Shown one piece after another: positions 37,692-51,429 of a stretch of DNA of 64,000 bases. Each line of letters opens with the position of its first letter. Position 1 is the stretch's first letter. Under the pieces are notes generated by a model that was not told where the DNA came from, did no database searches, and saw only the letters and a list, made by a program, of their open reading frames with translations. The DNA is taken from NCBI GenBank assembly GCA_010093705.1, contig MU006089.1:3312061-3376060 (forward strand), given 5' to 3'. Source of the stretch: Patellaria atrata CBS 101060. Taxonomy: Eukaryota. Both the position numbers and the translations under genes were made by a program.

Positions 37692-38908
37692 TCTATCTAA
37701 AGGTACAATACCTGCGTATACTGTGCCTTTCTGGAGCTTTCCGTGCAGCACTGTACCGTATGTTTGCTCATCTACGTGTCTTAAATGTACAAGCGGGGAA
37801 GGGAATAATTATACCGTGGACCTCATCATATAGAGGGTCTAGCAATGAAGGGATCAGGATCGTGGTATGGGATGGATGATGATATTTAGGAGCATCAATC
37901 GGCGTAACTTGTGGGACGTTTTTCAACATCATAGTTGGTAGGGTAAATTGGGAAAGGGTTCTTCTATCCACACATGTAACAACTGGATATTCATGATCTA
38001 TGTACCTTTAGGTACTCTCTGAGTGGTTTAAACATTCCATTCAGTGCCTCGAATCTCCTGCGTTCATCGACCTAAGGTACTTGTAATGTTCGCCTCCACA
38101 ATCGACTAAGGTACCTTACGGCATAACTAGTGGCATTTGTAGACGCAGTAAGGTATCATATGGGAATGAATGACTAAGGTGTATGACACGATGGAATATT
38201 CCATATATTCAAGATTAAACGTCAATGCGACTTGATGATCGGATATCATGTTATGATGCAGTTCTCAAATGTTAGATACAGGAAGAATGACCTAAGCGGG
38301 GAAAGAGTACGTTAAAGTTGCGGGCAGATCGGCTTGGAGTAACAGGCAGCCCAGGCACCCGACCCTTTGGAGTTTGGGCGTCACTGCCGCATCTCAACGG
38401 GCAAGACCAGGAAATTCGCACCTGCTTGGAGCCTACAACTCAGGACCAAAGGACCCAAACCCCCACTAGAACTAAGGTACTGGTTGTCCTAGCTACCCGC
38501 AAAGTCAAACCTAACGACTGCCCTTCCAGAACTTGCACTCGAAGAAAGATTTCCACTTTTTCCCTTTAAGGTGCTTTTCTACTCTTCGACAACTTCTTCA
38601 TCTCCATTTTCCATTCTCCCGAAAACATTGAAAACATCCACATTTACCTTCATCCGGCGCCACGTTATCTGACAAACGCCCTTGTGCGGTAATCCTTACT
38701 ATATTCACGTGTTGAACCCTTTTCAACCCTCGACTTTCGCTTCACACATTTCTCTGTACTGCACATACTTGAATCCTCACTAGAGCCCGGACTTCAAACA
38801 CGTCCTCTCTACCCTTTCCCTACCTCATAACACTTCTTCCTTCTACATTACGCTTTTCCAAGTTCTGTTGAACCCCACACACAAGATCGACCCCACAAGG
38901 AAAAGATC

Positions 38909-41900
38909 ATGGACGTCAACCAGGTGCTGAAGAGCACTCTGTCGCCAGGTACGCATACGTCCCCGTTCAAAGTAGCTTTGAACCTTTTATATGTCTCTGC
39001 TAACATCTTTTAGACGCTGCAATCCGTACTAATGCAGAAAATCAACTCAAACAGGCCGAGGCGGCCGACTTCGTAAGTCTCATAGCCTCGTCGATGTACA
39101 TTCCTACAAGTCTTTCCAAGCTGCTAACTCAAGCTTCTACAGTCTGGTTACCTCACGACATTAGCACAGGAGCTCGCCAACGAGCAAGCTGAAGCGGACA
39201 TCCGCTCCGCAGCAGCTCTCGCTCTTAAGAACTCACTTTCTGCGCGCGATTTTACCCGTTTACGGGAGGTACAGGAGCGATGGGTGGGACAAATAGACAA
39301 TAACATTAAGAGTTCGATCAAGGCACTTGCTTTAAAGAATTTGTCCTCTTCATCCACTCTCTTAGGGCAGAGTACCGCACAATTCATAGCCTCCATCGCG
39401 GCTATAGAACTCCCGCGGAATCTGTGGCCAGAGCTTCTACCTACCTTGGTCGAGCATGTAGGAACTGGATCTGATAATCTGAAGCAAGCGTCTCTGACGA
39501 CAATCGGATATATCTGCGAGAGCGAGGATGCAGATTTGCGTGAAAGCCTAACACAACATTCGAATGCCATTCTCACAGCGGTTGTCCAAGGCGCCAGGAA
39601 AGAGGAGACAAACTCTAAAGTTCGAGGCGCAGCTATTACAGCATTAAGTGACTCGCTTGAATTTGTGCGATCAAATTTCGAAAATGAGGGTGAACGCAAT
39701 TACATCATGCAAGTTGTGTGCGAAGCAACCCAATCTCCGGATGATAGGGTCCAGCAGGGAGCGTACGGTTGCTTGAACAGAATCATGGGGCTCTACTACG
39801 ACAAGATGCGTTTTTACATGGAAAAGGCTTTGTTTGGGCTCACCGTCCAGGGTATGAAGAGCGACGAAGAAGACGTTGCCAAACTTGCCATTGAGTTTTG
39901 GTGTTCTGTTTGTGAAGAGGAAATCTCTATCGAGGATGATAATACACAGGTATGTTCCTTGACGACGTAGTATCCTTGATTTGCGCTTCTAACAACCCAC
40001 TAGGCTCAGGCTGAAGGTTCCACGGAATTGAGAGAGTACTTCAACTTTGCCCGCATTGCTACTGGTGAGGTTCTGCCTGTACTACTGGAGATCCTCACAA
40101 AGCAAGATGAGGATGCAGCAGATGATGAATACAATGTCTCCCGTGCTGCTTATCAATGTATCCAGCTCTGGTCGCAGACGGTCGGTAGTGCTGTTGTCAG
40201 CCCTGTGCTACTCTTCGTCGAGGCAAATATCCGATCAGAAGATTGGCATCGCCGTGATGCAGCTGTATCAGCGCTGGGTGCTATCATGGAAGGACCGGAT
40301 GAATCTACACTGGACCCTATCGTGAAGCAAGGCCTTCCTGTTTTGATTAGTATGATGCAAGATCCACACGTCCAAGTACGAGACTCAACGGCCTATTCTC
40401 TTGGGCGCATCTGTGAAACTTGCTCAGAATCAATTGATCCTTCGACTCACCTTCAACCACTTATTGCATCGCTATTTACAGGGCTGTCAAGTCACCCGAA
40501 AATGGCCGGTTCGTGCTGTTGGGCACTGATGAACCTTGCAGAGCGATTCGCAGGAAACCCAGGCTGTGATGAGAATGCCTTATCTCAGCATTTCCAGGAT
40601 AGCATCACCCATCTTCTGCAAGTGACAGAGATGTTAGTGTTGAATCTTCGTCTTATGCGCCTTTGCTGACCGGTTTAGGAACGATACCGATGGGCAGTTG
40701 CGCACTGCTGCTTACGAAGTACTTAACGCTTTCATCGGAAACTCGGCAAACGACAGCGTTGGGATTGTTGCACAACTAACCCACGTTATCCTCGAACGCT
40801 TAGAGAAGACGATTCCGATGGCTCAACAAATTGTTAGCGTAGAAGATAGGTTGACCCTGGAAGAAATCCAGACAAGCTTGACCAGCGTTGTTATGGTAAG
40901 TGGCATAGTGAATGTCCAGATGTGTACTGTGCTGAAGATACTACCTAGGCCATCATCCAACGCTTGGAGGCTGAGATCCAGCCACAAGCGGACAGAATCA
41001 TGAATATCCTGCTTCAGCTTCTCAACTCTGTCGGACCGAAGTCCAGTGTACCTGATACCGTCTTTGCTACCATCGGGTCATTGGCTACATCTATTGAAGC
41101 GGACTTCGCAAAGTACATGGAGGCATTTCAACCTTATCTCTTTAATGCACTCGGTAACCAAGATGAACCCGCTATTTGTGCGATGGCCATCGGACTTGTG
41201 GGTGATATTACAAGGGCTTTAGGACCACAAGTCCAGCCTTTTTGCGACCAGTTTATGAATTATCTGCTTAACAACTTACGTGTAAGTGTTTTAAGATACT
41301 CAAGTGACTATAACTAACGCCACACTAGAGCACTAGTCTGGGCCACCAATTCAAACCCGCAATATTGCAGAGTTTTGGTGATATTGCGCAAGCTATTGGC
41401 GGGTCCTACGAGGCATATCTCACAGTCGTTGCTCAAGTTTTGCAACAGGCTCAGAACGTCAATGTTACCTCGGAGTCAAACTACGACATGTATGATTATG
41501 TTGTCTCGCTTCGCGAAGGTATCATGGATGCCTGGGCTGGTGCTATCAATGCTATGAAGGTTGGTGGCAAGCCGCAACTTTTAGCTCCTTACGTGGAATC
41601 GATTTTCCAATTACTCCATACCATATATAATGATCCCAATCGCACGGAAGGTCTGTTACGCTCTTCAATGGGTGTTATCGGGTAAGTCTCAACATTGTTC
41701 ACATTAAAACCCGTGGAGAATTTCATAGCTAACACCTTTCAAGTGATCTTGCAGATGCTTTTCCTGGTGGAGAGTTTGCCGATGCTTTCAGGCACGACTG
41801 GCTCACGTTAATGGCTAAGGAGGTCAAGCAAAATCGGGAATTCCGACAACAGACTCAGGATACAGCTCGATGGGCACGCGAGCAAATTAAACGCCAGATC

Positions 41901-42039
41901 GGTAAGCCGAGTACATTCCCATGATCGCGCAAAATGATTTTTTTACATCTATCATACATATTGTCATCTACAGTATAACAAGTATACTAATTTCCCCTCG
42001 CCTGCTACAGGCGGCAACGCTAGCCAAATGAATGCATGA
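38909..42039 (+). CDS. KAP95: Importin beta-1 (karyopherin beta), multi-exon
   Basis: MDVNQVLKSTLSP...AENQLKQA; RSAAALALKNSL; IAAIELPRNLWPELL; NFENEGERNYIMQVVCEATQ; AIEFWCSVCEEE; KPAILQSFGDIA; LREGIMDAW; TARWAREQIKRQ. Several short GT-AG introns; stop TGA 42037-42039. Confidence 0.96.
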
Positions 42040-42874
42040 TCGCCAAAACGATCTATACATTCCATGTCGTCAGTTTCTCTTAGCAAAGAAATAGAACCTA
42101 CCCCCAGGAAGAGGCGTCAAGGAAGGAGCCCAAGAGGGAGAAGAGTACGGACACTCAAACTGGTTCAGCTAAATAGCTACGAACTGACTGACAGACTCGG
42201 AAGCCACCCATCGCTTCCAGACAGACGCGCCGCCCCTGTACTGAGTCAGGACACCATATCCAACTCGACACCCGTTCTCATCATGGACCTAAACGTCTTC
42301 ATCTACAGCACCGAGCACAGTCATTGTGCGCGACCCGTTTAATCTTGTCACCCCCAACTCGTCGACATTTCTCGTCACACCCAGCACAAACCATCACACC
42401 ATCCAAATCCACCACACTCGGCATAGTATCTTTCACCCGTTTCACGCCCCGGAATGAGCACCAGAAAAAGAATCATGTATGCCCAAAAAGTCATGTAAGG
42501 GAGGAATGGAAGTCTATTTTGGCGAATCATTCACCCATGTTTCCCTTTGTCACACCGTCATAGGAAGCAGGAGTTTCTACACAATGAATCATGCATGTAA
42601 CTACCCTTCATAATGTCTTTCACCTCCATCGGTCCCTATCTTCATGCATCACAGCTCATATGTACCCATCGCAGAACTGATTTCAGGAATTGTTCTAACC
42701 TTTGATGAGTCGAACCATCGTGTGTTCTCTCACATTCGGAGTCGTGGAGCAGATTGCGTTTGAATTTGAGACCTTTGAAGCTTATTCATATTTACTCCAT
42801 GTTGTGCTACTTATCTTGACTCTACAACTACCTCTGCAATCATATTTGCGATAGATCCAGAACCAGCAAATCCA

Positions 42875-43587
42875 ATGTCGTCTCGCCTACCTCCAATATT
42901 AGGCATAAGTCACATCGGAAAGCTCACCAGCTTGGACTAACATCTGTACTTGATATTATAGATCCCTCCTATAATACCAACGCTGACCCGGATCTACCTC
43001 CCGGCTACTCCGCTTTTGACCGCGCAAAGAAGAGTTCACGCACAGAACGCAAGCTTAGGACCTCTTCCCCGCTTAAGTCTCCCGTCGAACCCTTCGATGC
43101 CACTCTCAAGCACAAAAGGCCTGGAGAGGGCTCGACTAGCGTTCACAATACGGCATATAACGAACACTTTGATAGTGATTACATGCGGCTCTGGAAGATC
43201 TCGTCTGTAGACTCAATGGAAACAGAATTAGAGCCGAAAGAATGGGATTCAGGGCAACCTACGCCGCAGAGACAGCAGATGTGTCCGGTTTGCGTTGCAA
43301 CAGCACAGGGTCCCACGGTCTGTGTGCATCTGTTGTATACGGGGGGACGGAGTGATGTAGGGGAAGAGACGGCGAGGAGAATTGGTGACGTGGTGAGGCA
43401 AAGCGTGATGGAAAGGGGGGGGAGGTTCACGGAGGTGGTACGGGCGGATGCAGAGATGGATATGGAGCAGGACGAGGGGGATATGAGTACGTATGTGCGC
43501 TGGTGGTCACTCTCACCTCCTTTCCCACGAAGCGATTTGAGATCACTTCTGAGTTTCTACGCGGTTGCTGATCTGTTTTGTAGCTGA
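42875..43587 (+). CDS. Hypothetical small protein (gene model uncertain)
   Basis: The frame of ORF 43183-43587 is open from about 42961 (DPSYNTNADPDLPPGYSAFD...), preceded by CTAAC...TAG. It can join ATG 42875 only via a weak GC-AG intron. A GTATGT...CTGAT...TAG intron near 43491-43583 is also plausible. Confidence 0.4.
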
Positions 43588-44260
43588 GGATGACATATCA
43601 GACGACATGCTGGACGACATGCTGGACGAAAATGGAGTTTGCTTTTTCTCCCCTTGGTGCTGAGGAAGGGAAAGGCGTATTCCTTTATTGTTGAGTATTG
43701 AGGTTGCTTTGGATGGTAGTACCTACTACTAGCTATAGAGCAGCAAGCGGTTATTTTAGAACTAGTTTTTTTTTTCATTCTGGTGTCCTAAGGTATATAC
43801 TCACCCCAAAAATGCAATTCATACCCTACAATAGGGCCAACAAGAGGTTTGTGATTTTATGGCACGTCCCCTATATGCATATCAAAAGGTATTAGTTTAT
43901 TTTTGGATTCAACAACTTCGCCAGTAGATGTACAGTTACAGTACAGCAAAAAGGGATAGTTCTGACTGCTAGAATATATACATATATATACTTGATTCAT
44001 AGAATCCTCCCTGCAGTATGATCCATATGTATGTGTGTTCTACTCAACATGTTGTTGTCACGCCTCGAGATGGCTCATATGGTGCTAAGCCGAAATGGGA
44101 TGCTATACCTCCGCTGTCAATGTGCCCCACCATAGAATGACTTCACCAGCCTCGGGCATTGTGGAACCATCTGGTAGCTTCCATAGGTACGATACCACGA
44201 CTTTCCACCTATGTATCACTTTCTTCCAAGATTCCAGTTTCTTCTGACTCGCCATTGCTT

Positions 44261-44268
44261 TTCTTGAA
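44261..44268. promoter_or_regulatory. Minimal heat-shock-element-like TTCnnGAA upstream of HSP104
   Basis: ttcttgaa about 130 bp upstream of the ATG, with further degenerate GAA/TTC units at 44160-44245. Only two perfect units. Confidence 0.3.
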
Positions 44269-44394
44269 AAACCTCTTCTCTCTCCCATTTCCTCAACTTC
44301 TTTCGTTAAGGATTTTGAAATAAGAACGACACAACACTAACATACTAACGGTAAATTCTATCATTCAGTTTTACAGCCTCCCCGGATTGCCATA

Positions 44395-47187
44395 ATGGCT
44401 TCAGGCATGAACTTTACAGATCGGGCGTCACAAGCTTTAAGTGCTGCCCAAGAACTCGCAACACAATACGCACATTCACAACTCCTACCTGTACATCTAG
44501 CAGTCGCCCTCATCGACCCTCCACCGGACCTCTCTAAAGATCAACAAAACAACTCCGCTCACGAAACACACGCCGCTTCTTCCGCTCCACTCTTCAAACA
44601 AGTTGTCGAGAGGGCTCATGGTGATCCTCAGCTACTAGACCGTGCCTTGAAGAAGGCATTGGTCCGTCTACCTAGCCAAGATCCTCCGCCAGAGCACGTG
44701 TCCATATCACCATCCTTCTCAAAAGTCCTAAGAGCCGCCAATGAACTCTCGAAAACACAAAAAGATAGCTACATTGCCGTGGATCACCTAATACAATGTC
44801 TCGCACAGGACTCGACCATTCAACGATGTTTGGCAGATGCAAACATTCCCAAATCAAACCTGATCGATCAGGCAATCCAACAGATCCGTGGCACAAAGAG
44901 AGTGGACTCTAAGACCGCCGATGCGGAGGCGGAGAATGAGAACCTAAAGAAATTCACAATCGACATGACCGCCATGGCACGAGAAGGCAAGATCGATCCT
45001 GTCATCGGTCGTGAAGAAGAAATCAGACGAGTTGTCCGAATCCTTTCACGACGAACGAAGAACAATCCTGTCCTCATCGGTGAACCCGGTGTCGGAAAGA
45101 CAACAGTCGTCGAAGGTCTTGCTCAACGTATCGTCAACGCTGATGTTCCGGCGAATCTAGCAGCATGTAAGCTTCTATCGTTGGATGTCGGCGCCCTCGT
45201 GGCCGGAAGCAAATACAGGGGAGAGTTCGAGGAGAGGATGAAGGGTGTCTTGAAAGAGATCGAAGACTCCAAGGAGATGATTGTTCTCTTCGTCGACGAA
45301 ATACACTTACTCATGGGCGCTGGGTCAAGTGGTGAAGGTGGCATGGACGCCGCTAATTTGCTCAAACCCATGCTTGCTAGAGGCCAGTTGCACTGCATTG
45401 GTGCTACAACCTTAGGCGAGTACCGCAAATATATCGAAAAGGACCAAGCCTTCGAACGTCGTTTCCAACAGGTCCTTGTCAAAGAGCCCACCATCCCCGA
45501 AACCGTCTCTATCCTTCGTGGCTTGAAAGACAAGTACGAGACTCATCACGGTGTCACTATCCTCGATGGTGCTATCGTCTCTGCTGCTAACCTCGCGGCT
45601 CGTTACCTCACGCAACGTCGGTTACCCGACTCGGCTGTTGATTTGATCGATGAAGCTGCAGCCGCCGTGCGAGTTACCCGTGAATCACAACCAGAAGCAT
45701 TGGATAACATGGAACGGAAGCTACGTCAGCTCCAAATTGAAATTCACGCTCTAGACAAGGAGAAGGACGAAACAGCCAAACAACGTCTCCGAGAAGCGAA
45801 AGCAGAGGCCGCTAATATCGAAGAAGAGCTGAAACCTCTTCGTGAGAAATACGAAAGCGAGAAGGAACGCAGTAAAAAGATTCAAGAACAGAAGCTGAAG
45901 CTTGAGGAGAAGAGGGTGAAGTTGGCTGATGCAGAACGTGCTCGCGACTTTGAATCAGCTTCAGACTTGAAATACTACGTCATCCCAGACATTGAGGCAC
46001 ACATAGAGCGATTGGAGGCTGAGAAAGCCCGAAGTGATGCAGAGATGTATACACGGTCTGGAGGACAAGAAGCACTCCTCACGGATGCAGTTGGCCCTGA
46101 TCAAATCAACGAGATTGTGGCCCGCTGGACCGGTATTCCGGTAACCCGTCTGAAAACGACCGAAAAGGACAAGCTCCTTCAGATGGAGAAGCATCTCAGC
46201 AATATCGTTGTCGGTCAAAGGGAGGCGGTGACATCGGTCTCTAATGCGATCCGTCTCCAACGTTCTGGCCTGGCAAATCCGAATCAACCACCTAGCTTCT
46301 TGTTTTGCGGTCCCTCGGGTACTGGTAAGACTCTCTTGACCAAGGCTCTTGCCGAGTTCTTGTTCGACGATCCGAAGTCGATGATCAGGTTCGATATGTC
46401 GGAATATCAGGAGAGGCACTCGCTTAGCAGGATGATTGGCGCTCCACCAGGATATGTTGGCCACGATGCTGGTGGGCAGTTGACAGAAGCCCTCCGCCGC
46501 CGTCCATTTTCCATCTTGTTGTTCGACGAGGTCGAGAAAGCGGCGAAAGAGGTTCTTACCGTCCTTCTACAGCTTATGGATGACGGTCGTATCACCGATG
46601 GCCAGGGAAGAATCGTCGATGCGAAGAACTGCATTGTCGTCATGACATCCAACCTTGGTGCTGAGTATCTTTCACGACCAAACGCACCGGACGGTCGAAT
46701 TGACCCAACAACAAGGGAACTCGTCATGGGTGCTCTTCGCAACTGGTTCCTTCCGGAATTTCTCAACCGTATCAACAGCATCGTAATCTTCAACCGTCTC
46801 ACCAGGCGCGAGATCAGGAAGATCGTCGATGTACGCATGGTCGAAATTCAGAAGAGGTTGAACGGCAATGGACGCAACGTCAAGATCGACATGACGGAAG
46901 AAGTGAAAGACCATCTTGGCAGCGCCGGATACTCACCTGCCTATGGTGCCAGACCGCTTGCACGGCTCATTGAAAAGGAAGTACTCAATCGTATGGCAGT
47001 ACTTATTCTTAGGGGCAGTATTCGTGACGGTGAAGTCGCTCATGTCGTTCTTGAGGATGGACATGTGCAAGTCCTACCTAATCACGGTGATAGTGATTTA
47101 GAGGCTGAAGATAGTGAGATGTATGATGAAGAGGATGCGATTGCTGATTTGGAAGATGGAGATACAGGAATGGATCTCTACGACTAG
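44395..47187 (+). CDS. HSP104: Heat shock protein Hsp104/ClpB AAA+ disaggregase, intronless
   Basis: Clp-N domain; Walker A GEPGVGKT and GPSGTGKT; Walker B LFVDEIH and LLFDEVEK; coiled-coil M domain; [14 protein letters not shown]; acidic C-terminus ...MDLYD. Confidence 0.97.
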   Translation: MASGMNFTDRASQALSAAQELATQYAHSQLLPVHLAVALIDPPPDLSKDQQNNSAHETHAASSAPLFKQVVERAHGDPQLLDRALKKALVRLPSQDPPPEHVSISPSFSKVLRAANELSKTQKDSYIAVDHLIQCLAQDSTIQRCLADANIPKSNLIDQAIQQIRGTKRVDSKTADAEAENENLKKFTIDMTAMAREGKIDPVIGREEEIRRVVRILSRRTKNNPVLIGEPGVGKTTVVEGLAQRIVNADVPANLAACKLLSLDVGALVAGSKYRGEFEERMKGVLKEIEDSKEMIVLFVDEIHLLMGAGSSGEGGMDAANLLKPMLARGQLHCIGATTLGEYRKYIEKDQAFERRFQQVLVKEPTIPETVSILRGLKDKYETHHGVTILDGAIVSAANLAARYLTQRRLPDSAVDLIDEAAAAVRVTRESQPEALDNMERKLRQLQIEIHALDKEKDETAKQRLREAKAEAANIEEELKPLREKYESEKERSKKIQEQKLKLEEKRVKLADAERARDFESASDLKYYVIPDIEAHIERLEAEKARSDAEMYTRSGGQEALLTDAVGPDQINEIVARWTGIPVTRLKTTEKDKLLQMEKHLSNIVVGQREAVTSVSNAIRLQRSGLANPNQPPSFLFCGPSGTGKTLLTKALAEFLFDDPKSMIRFDMSEYQERHSLSRMIGAPPGYVGHDAGGQLTEALRRRPFSILLFDEVEKAAKEVLTVLLQLMDDGRITDGQGRIVDAKNCIVVMTSNLGAEYLSRPNAPDGRIDPTTRELVMGALRNWFLPEFLNRINSIVIFNRLTRREIRKIVDVRMVEIQKRLNGNGRNVKIDMTEEVKDHLGSAGYSPAYGARPLARLIEKEVLNRMAVLILRGSIRDGEVAHVVLEDGHVQVLPNHGDSDLEAEDSEMYDEEDAIADLEDGDTGMDLYD

Positions 47188-47685
47188 AAAGAAGAAAGGT
47201 GAATGAAAAGGAATGTCGGAGAGTATACTTTATAAAAGCAAATGGGCGGCTTTAATTCTTTCTAGGCAGCATGTTAGGCGTTGGCGGATGGCTTATGGCC
47301 TCTATACAGGGACTTGATGAAAGAGCTTCCACATGATGAATGATTTTACGACAACAAGACAAATGTATATAGCAATGAAGAAGAAGTAGACCATGAATTA
47401 ATTCTCTCGATACTATTAATGCCTTAGCTGTGATTGGACTCCCGATTGATATACGACATAGCATTTGCGTAACTGATAATGTACTTTCTAGTACTCCGTA
47501 TAGTCATCCTGTACAGTAATAATGCTCCGTGAAAGCTTGTGTCTCATAGATTTAAATAGAATCGGGTAGTTTTACAGGAACAGGGACGGAGACGGGAAGG
47601 GTTGCAGATTTGTATCTTGTATGGTGATTGTCAGCACTTTATGTCTGACAGCCTGGTATGTGCAGGCGTACAAGTGCTAATAAAA

Positions 47686-47714
47686 TCGCGTGCACAAGCG
47701 TGTTGGTCTCGCGT
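47686..47714. promoter_or_regulatory. Two MCB-like (ACGCGA on minus strand) elements upstream of the RNR-inhibitor gene
   Basis: TCGCGT at 47686-47691 and 47709-47714, about 300 bp upstream of ATG 48009. Confidence 0.35.
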
Positions 47715-48008
47715 ATCCAAGCCGGGTCGCCGAGACGCAATCCTCTCCGCATTACCGTCATTTTCATTCCTTAACGATGATGCCCTTTGACGCTTCCCAC
47801 TCAGACACCTCAACTCTGACCCTCAACCTTCAATCCTTTCAACTTAACTTCACACATGCCCAATCCCGCATATTATTAGGTACTGTCTAAGACTTCCGCT
47901 CTCACCCGTGTGGACTGGACGCAAACAACTCAATCTCAGCCTCACTAATCTACTTCATACGACACCTCTTTCAAAACTCTACGGCTTGATTGAAGACACC
48001 ACACAACA

Positions 48009-48938
48009 ATGCCAAACACGGCGCATCGCTCAAAGCGGCCTGTCAATCAACACCTTATAACATCCTTTCTCACTACCTCCCCCAATGTCACAACAACCTC
48101 GACATCACACTTCTCCGGTCCCGGACCAGCCCCCACGTTGCCCGCACACGTCCAATCTTCGCTCCTGAACGTTGGGATGAGAGTAAGGAAGAGCGTGCCG
48201 GAAGGTTATAAGACACACAAGACGATGCCTACAGTAACGGTCGAGATTGATGCTCCGATAGAGGTGCGCTGCGACTCTGACGTAGAGATCGACGGGGAGG
48301 AAGTAGGAGCGGGAAGGAGGGAATTAATGCCCTTCTGCGGATTACACAAAACTGGAGGCCTAGGTGTACAGGCCAATTCCCGCACACAATATTCTGGCGT
48401 ACCCTCATTTGATGGTGACATGAGGCCGCAGAATGCATACGACATCTTCAACTCTTCGCTGCCGTCCTCCCAAGAATCTCTAGCATCCACAATTTCAACT
48501 GTCTCGGTGCCAACTCTGACGATACCGACGATCGCAACGACTCCTGCCAGACCATCTGCGAAACGAAGGTTCACAGATGAAGATGAGGAACGAACCCCTG
48601 ACAATCTACATACCTTACTCTTCCCCACACATGTCAGCTCCCATAGTGATGATGCGCCTGTCTCCCCTAAATCGGCCCATCCCACCGGAATGGCAAATTT
48701 CCTGTCCATAGGACAGACGACGCGGCCAATTGCACGACCAAGACCAAGGAGAAAACCGAGTGAGGGCAAGGAGAACGCTATGGTGGGGTTAGACGGCAAC
48801 TTGGGCCTGGTAGCAGCAAGGAGGAACGCGTTGCAGGGTAATGGATTGGGGATCGGTCTCGGGATTGACTTGGATTTTGGGGAAGCGGAGTTTCTGAGGG
48901 GTGAGTGGGAAGACGAAGGGGAGGCAATGGAGATGTGA
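48009..48938 (+). CDS. Ribonucleotide reductase inhibitor family protein (Spd1/Dif1/Sml1-like, HUG motif), intrinsically disordered
   Basis: VQSSLLNVGMRVRKSVPEGYKT signature, RELMPFCGLHKTGGL block, and C-terminal DFGEAEFL motif. Confidence 0.85.
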   Translation: MPNTAHRSKRPVNQHLITSFLTTSPNVTTTSTSHFSGPGPAPTLPAHVQSSLLNVGMRVRKSVPEGYKTHKTMPTVTVEIDAPIEVRCDSDVEIDGEEVGAGRRELMPFCGLHKTGGLGVQANSRTQYSGVPSFDGDMRPQNAYDIFNSSLPSSQESLASTISTVSVPTLTIPTIATTPARPSAKRRFTDEDEERTPDNLHTLLFPTHVSSHSDDAPVSPKSAHPTGMANFLSIGQTTRPIARPRPRRKPSEGKENAMVGLDGNLGLVAARRNALQGNGLGIGLGIDLDFGEAEFLRGEWEDEGEAMEM

Positions 48939-51429
48939 GGTGAGGAATAGTAAGGTTGGAGGTATTCTGCATTAGGTTCGCATGTTTGTGGCATTCGACT
49001 TGATGAGTTTTCGGGCAACGTTCATGACGCTTTATGAGTTTCATTCTCTTGTTGATACCACTATTTGAGCAATTCAGGGACGCACTTTATCTTTTCTGAC
49101 TTCTACGCTGCGACGCAATTGACTTTACCAAAACACTTGAATAGTCCGCCCAAACTGCTTGCCGCGAGGATTCGATTTGCACCTTTAACTGAATATAATA
49201 GTAGATATAGCCATACATCAACACACCCTTCCGACGACATTTCTTTTCCAACATACCGTCACCCGAATGATCAAATTGCACATTTATCCCAGATTACTGT
49301 TTCTCACTAATTCAGTAGATGGGTCATCGTATCCGAATATCCGCACATCGGTATTCCATATCGTCTTTTTATGTACTCAACTTTGCCATTTCTCTGTAAA
49401 AGCGTTCTCGACCCCATCTATCGCTGGAATGAAATTGTACGTACTACCGGATTGGGTACTGGTATATGTGGTACTGCTGGGGGGAATCACCCGCTGTACG
49501 TCCGCAGGAGAGTTCTGAGGTTCGTATGGAGTACGGGAAATAGTTTCGTTGTGGGGGTGTGTGAATACGGACTTAGCATGGGTGAGAGGAAGGTTAGCCC
49601 GCGTGTCTACGTGTTAGATTGTCATGTGCGAATGGTTGCTAGGAGTATAAACTGAGAGCTGAGTTGTATAGCTCGTACTATTCCCCACCCTACCTCTTTT
49701 ACTTTCTCGTCTTCGTGGGTGTTTCCGCCCAGTCCCAAAGGCCTTTCTCTTCATCGCTTTTTCCCTTATTTTAACGCGCTTTGCTGCGCGCTCCCCTGGC
49801 TTTCTCCTCCGGCTCCATATTATGGAGACGTTCCCTTCTCCATCTCCGTTTTAGATTTTTGTATGCTGTTGAATCTATTGGAGGAGGTTTTTTTTTTTTA
49901 TCGGATTTCGACTGCGTCGTGTAATTACACCCCAAGTGGTCGAGGTCACTTTGTGACCATATTGCTGTATCGATATACATGGCCGGGGCTTCACCACTGA
50001 GGCGTGGGAGTTGATGAAGGAGGAAGAGGGAGAGGAAGATGAAGAGAACGGGATAGAAAACTGAGCCTTGCGAGCTGAAAGGAAAGAAGAGATTATGATG
50101 TAGGCTCAGCTATATTCAGGAGGGCTGGGAACGAGAATGAGAATGAGGAAATCGCAGAAGGATATATGCGGTACAGGGAAAAGGAACAGATTATCGAGCT
50201 TAAGAACGTACGTTCCTGGAGGAGCTCTAGCTACCCGTTCACTGTCAATTAAGAGGACTTCTACTCCTATCATGCGGATGTGGGAAATTCCGCTGGAAGT
50301 TAAAGGAACGGTTGGCCGGTATATGTACTGCAAGGTAATGGGAACGAGCTGAAGTAGAGTTTGTAAAGGAGATGCGAATATTTGTTACTGTATGTGGGGT
50401 CTAAGGAGTTGAATTTCTCCCCCTATTTCAGATCTTTTTGCTAGTTGTGCATGGTACGGTAGAGAAAAGTGTCGACGTGGTCCGTACTACGAGTATATAC
50501 TGGCTAGGTGATTACTGTATTTATAATAGAGAAACCAGTGTTAATTGTAATATGCTGGTTCCGTGAAATATGGAGTTTGTCTGCCTATTATGGCACTTGG
50601 GATTGGTGGTTTACCATAGAGCAGAGACCTCTGACAAAGATTGTAAGCTCCAAGGGTCTCACTTATGTCGAAAATGTTTCGTATGTTGGAGCTCGTATAG
50701 CTAGTTTCAATGTTCAGCTCTCAGATTTGATAGTTTTGCGGTCGAGATAGCGGTAAACCCGTGGTCGCTCGGGAGCGTAAACGCATGAAGTCTGACAGAA
50801 CGCCGGAGGAACCGTAGTATGGGTTACATGCGCTTCTTAATGATGGTCTCGACGATGTGCGACTGATGTTCCGATTATGGGTGGGCGTCTTTCCCCAACT
50901 TCTCAGTCCCCTTGTTCCACAAGTTACAGTATCATCTCGAAAAAAAGAATTTATCGGTATTAGAGAACCGCGTAGAAATAATCGCTAGGATGTATGATCT
51001 GATGATTTGTTAGATATTTATTTATTCGTCCAAGCCATAGGTAGTTCTACAGAATGAAAACTTGGAACTGTCTAAGAGACGTAATAGAGACGTGCAACAC
51101 TTACAATTTTTGAGCGTTGGAGAAGACTTTCCGAGAAACCATTGATATCTAGAGTAAGTTTAGATCCTAAATAATGCCAAATAGATGCTTTGATCCCCAT
51201 AAATTCTGTTGTGTGTAAAGAACACCCCTGAGATAGCATGAGCTAGTATGATCCATTTTTTCAGAAAGATTATCGCAGAAGAATAGAACTGATAAAAAAG
51301 AGTTTCCTATAAGTAAAGTAACGTTCTTTTAGTCGGGTTATACTAGTTTTGGGCCGAGATTCCCCCACTCCTTTGATCTCTCTAGCGCCAAAAAACGTAA
51401 CCCCAGAAAACGCTTCGAGGCAAAAGAAT

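Noticed and set aside
12683..42039. Two karyopherin-beta genes (KAP104, KAP95) about 23 kb apart
   Set aside because: Ancient paralogues separated by many unrelated genes; no evidence of a functional cluster.
43600..43629. 12-bp tandem duplication gacgacatgctg and other short repeats (TTGCAT near 8960, CTACCAG near 56035)
   Set aside because: Ordinary slippage-type microsatellites with no further structure.
48206..49018. 270-aa minus-strand ORF
   Set aside because: Antisense to the RNR-inhibitor gene, which carries the recognisable motif.
49371..50070. Short ORFs and an acidic purine-rich tail suggesting a decayed gene
   Set aside because: Fragments are in different frames with no recognisable motif; insufficient support.
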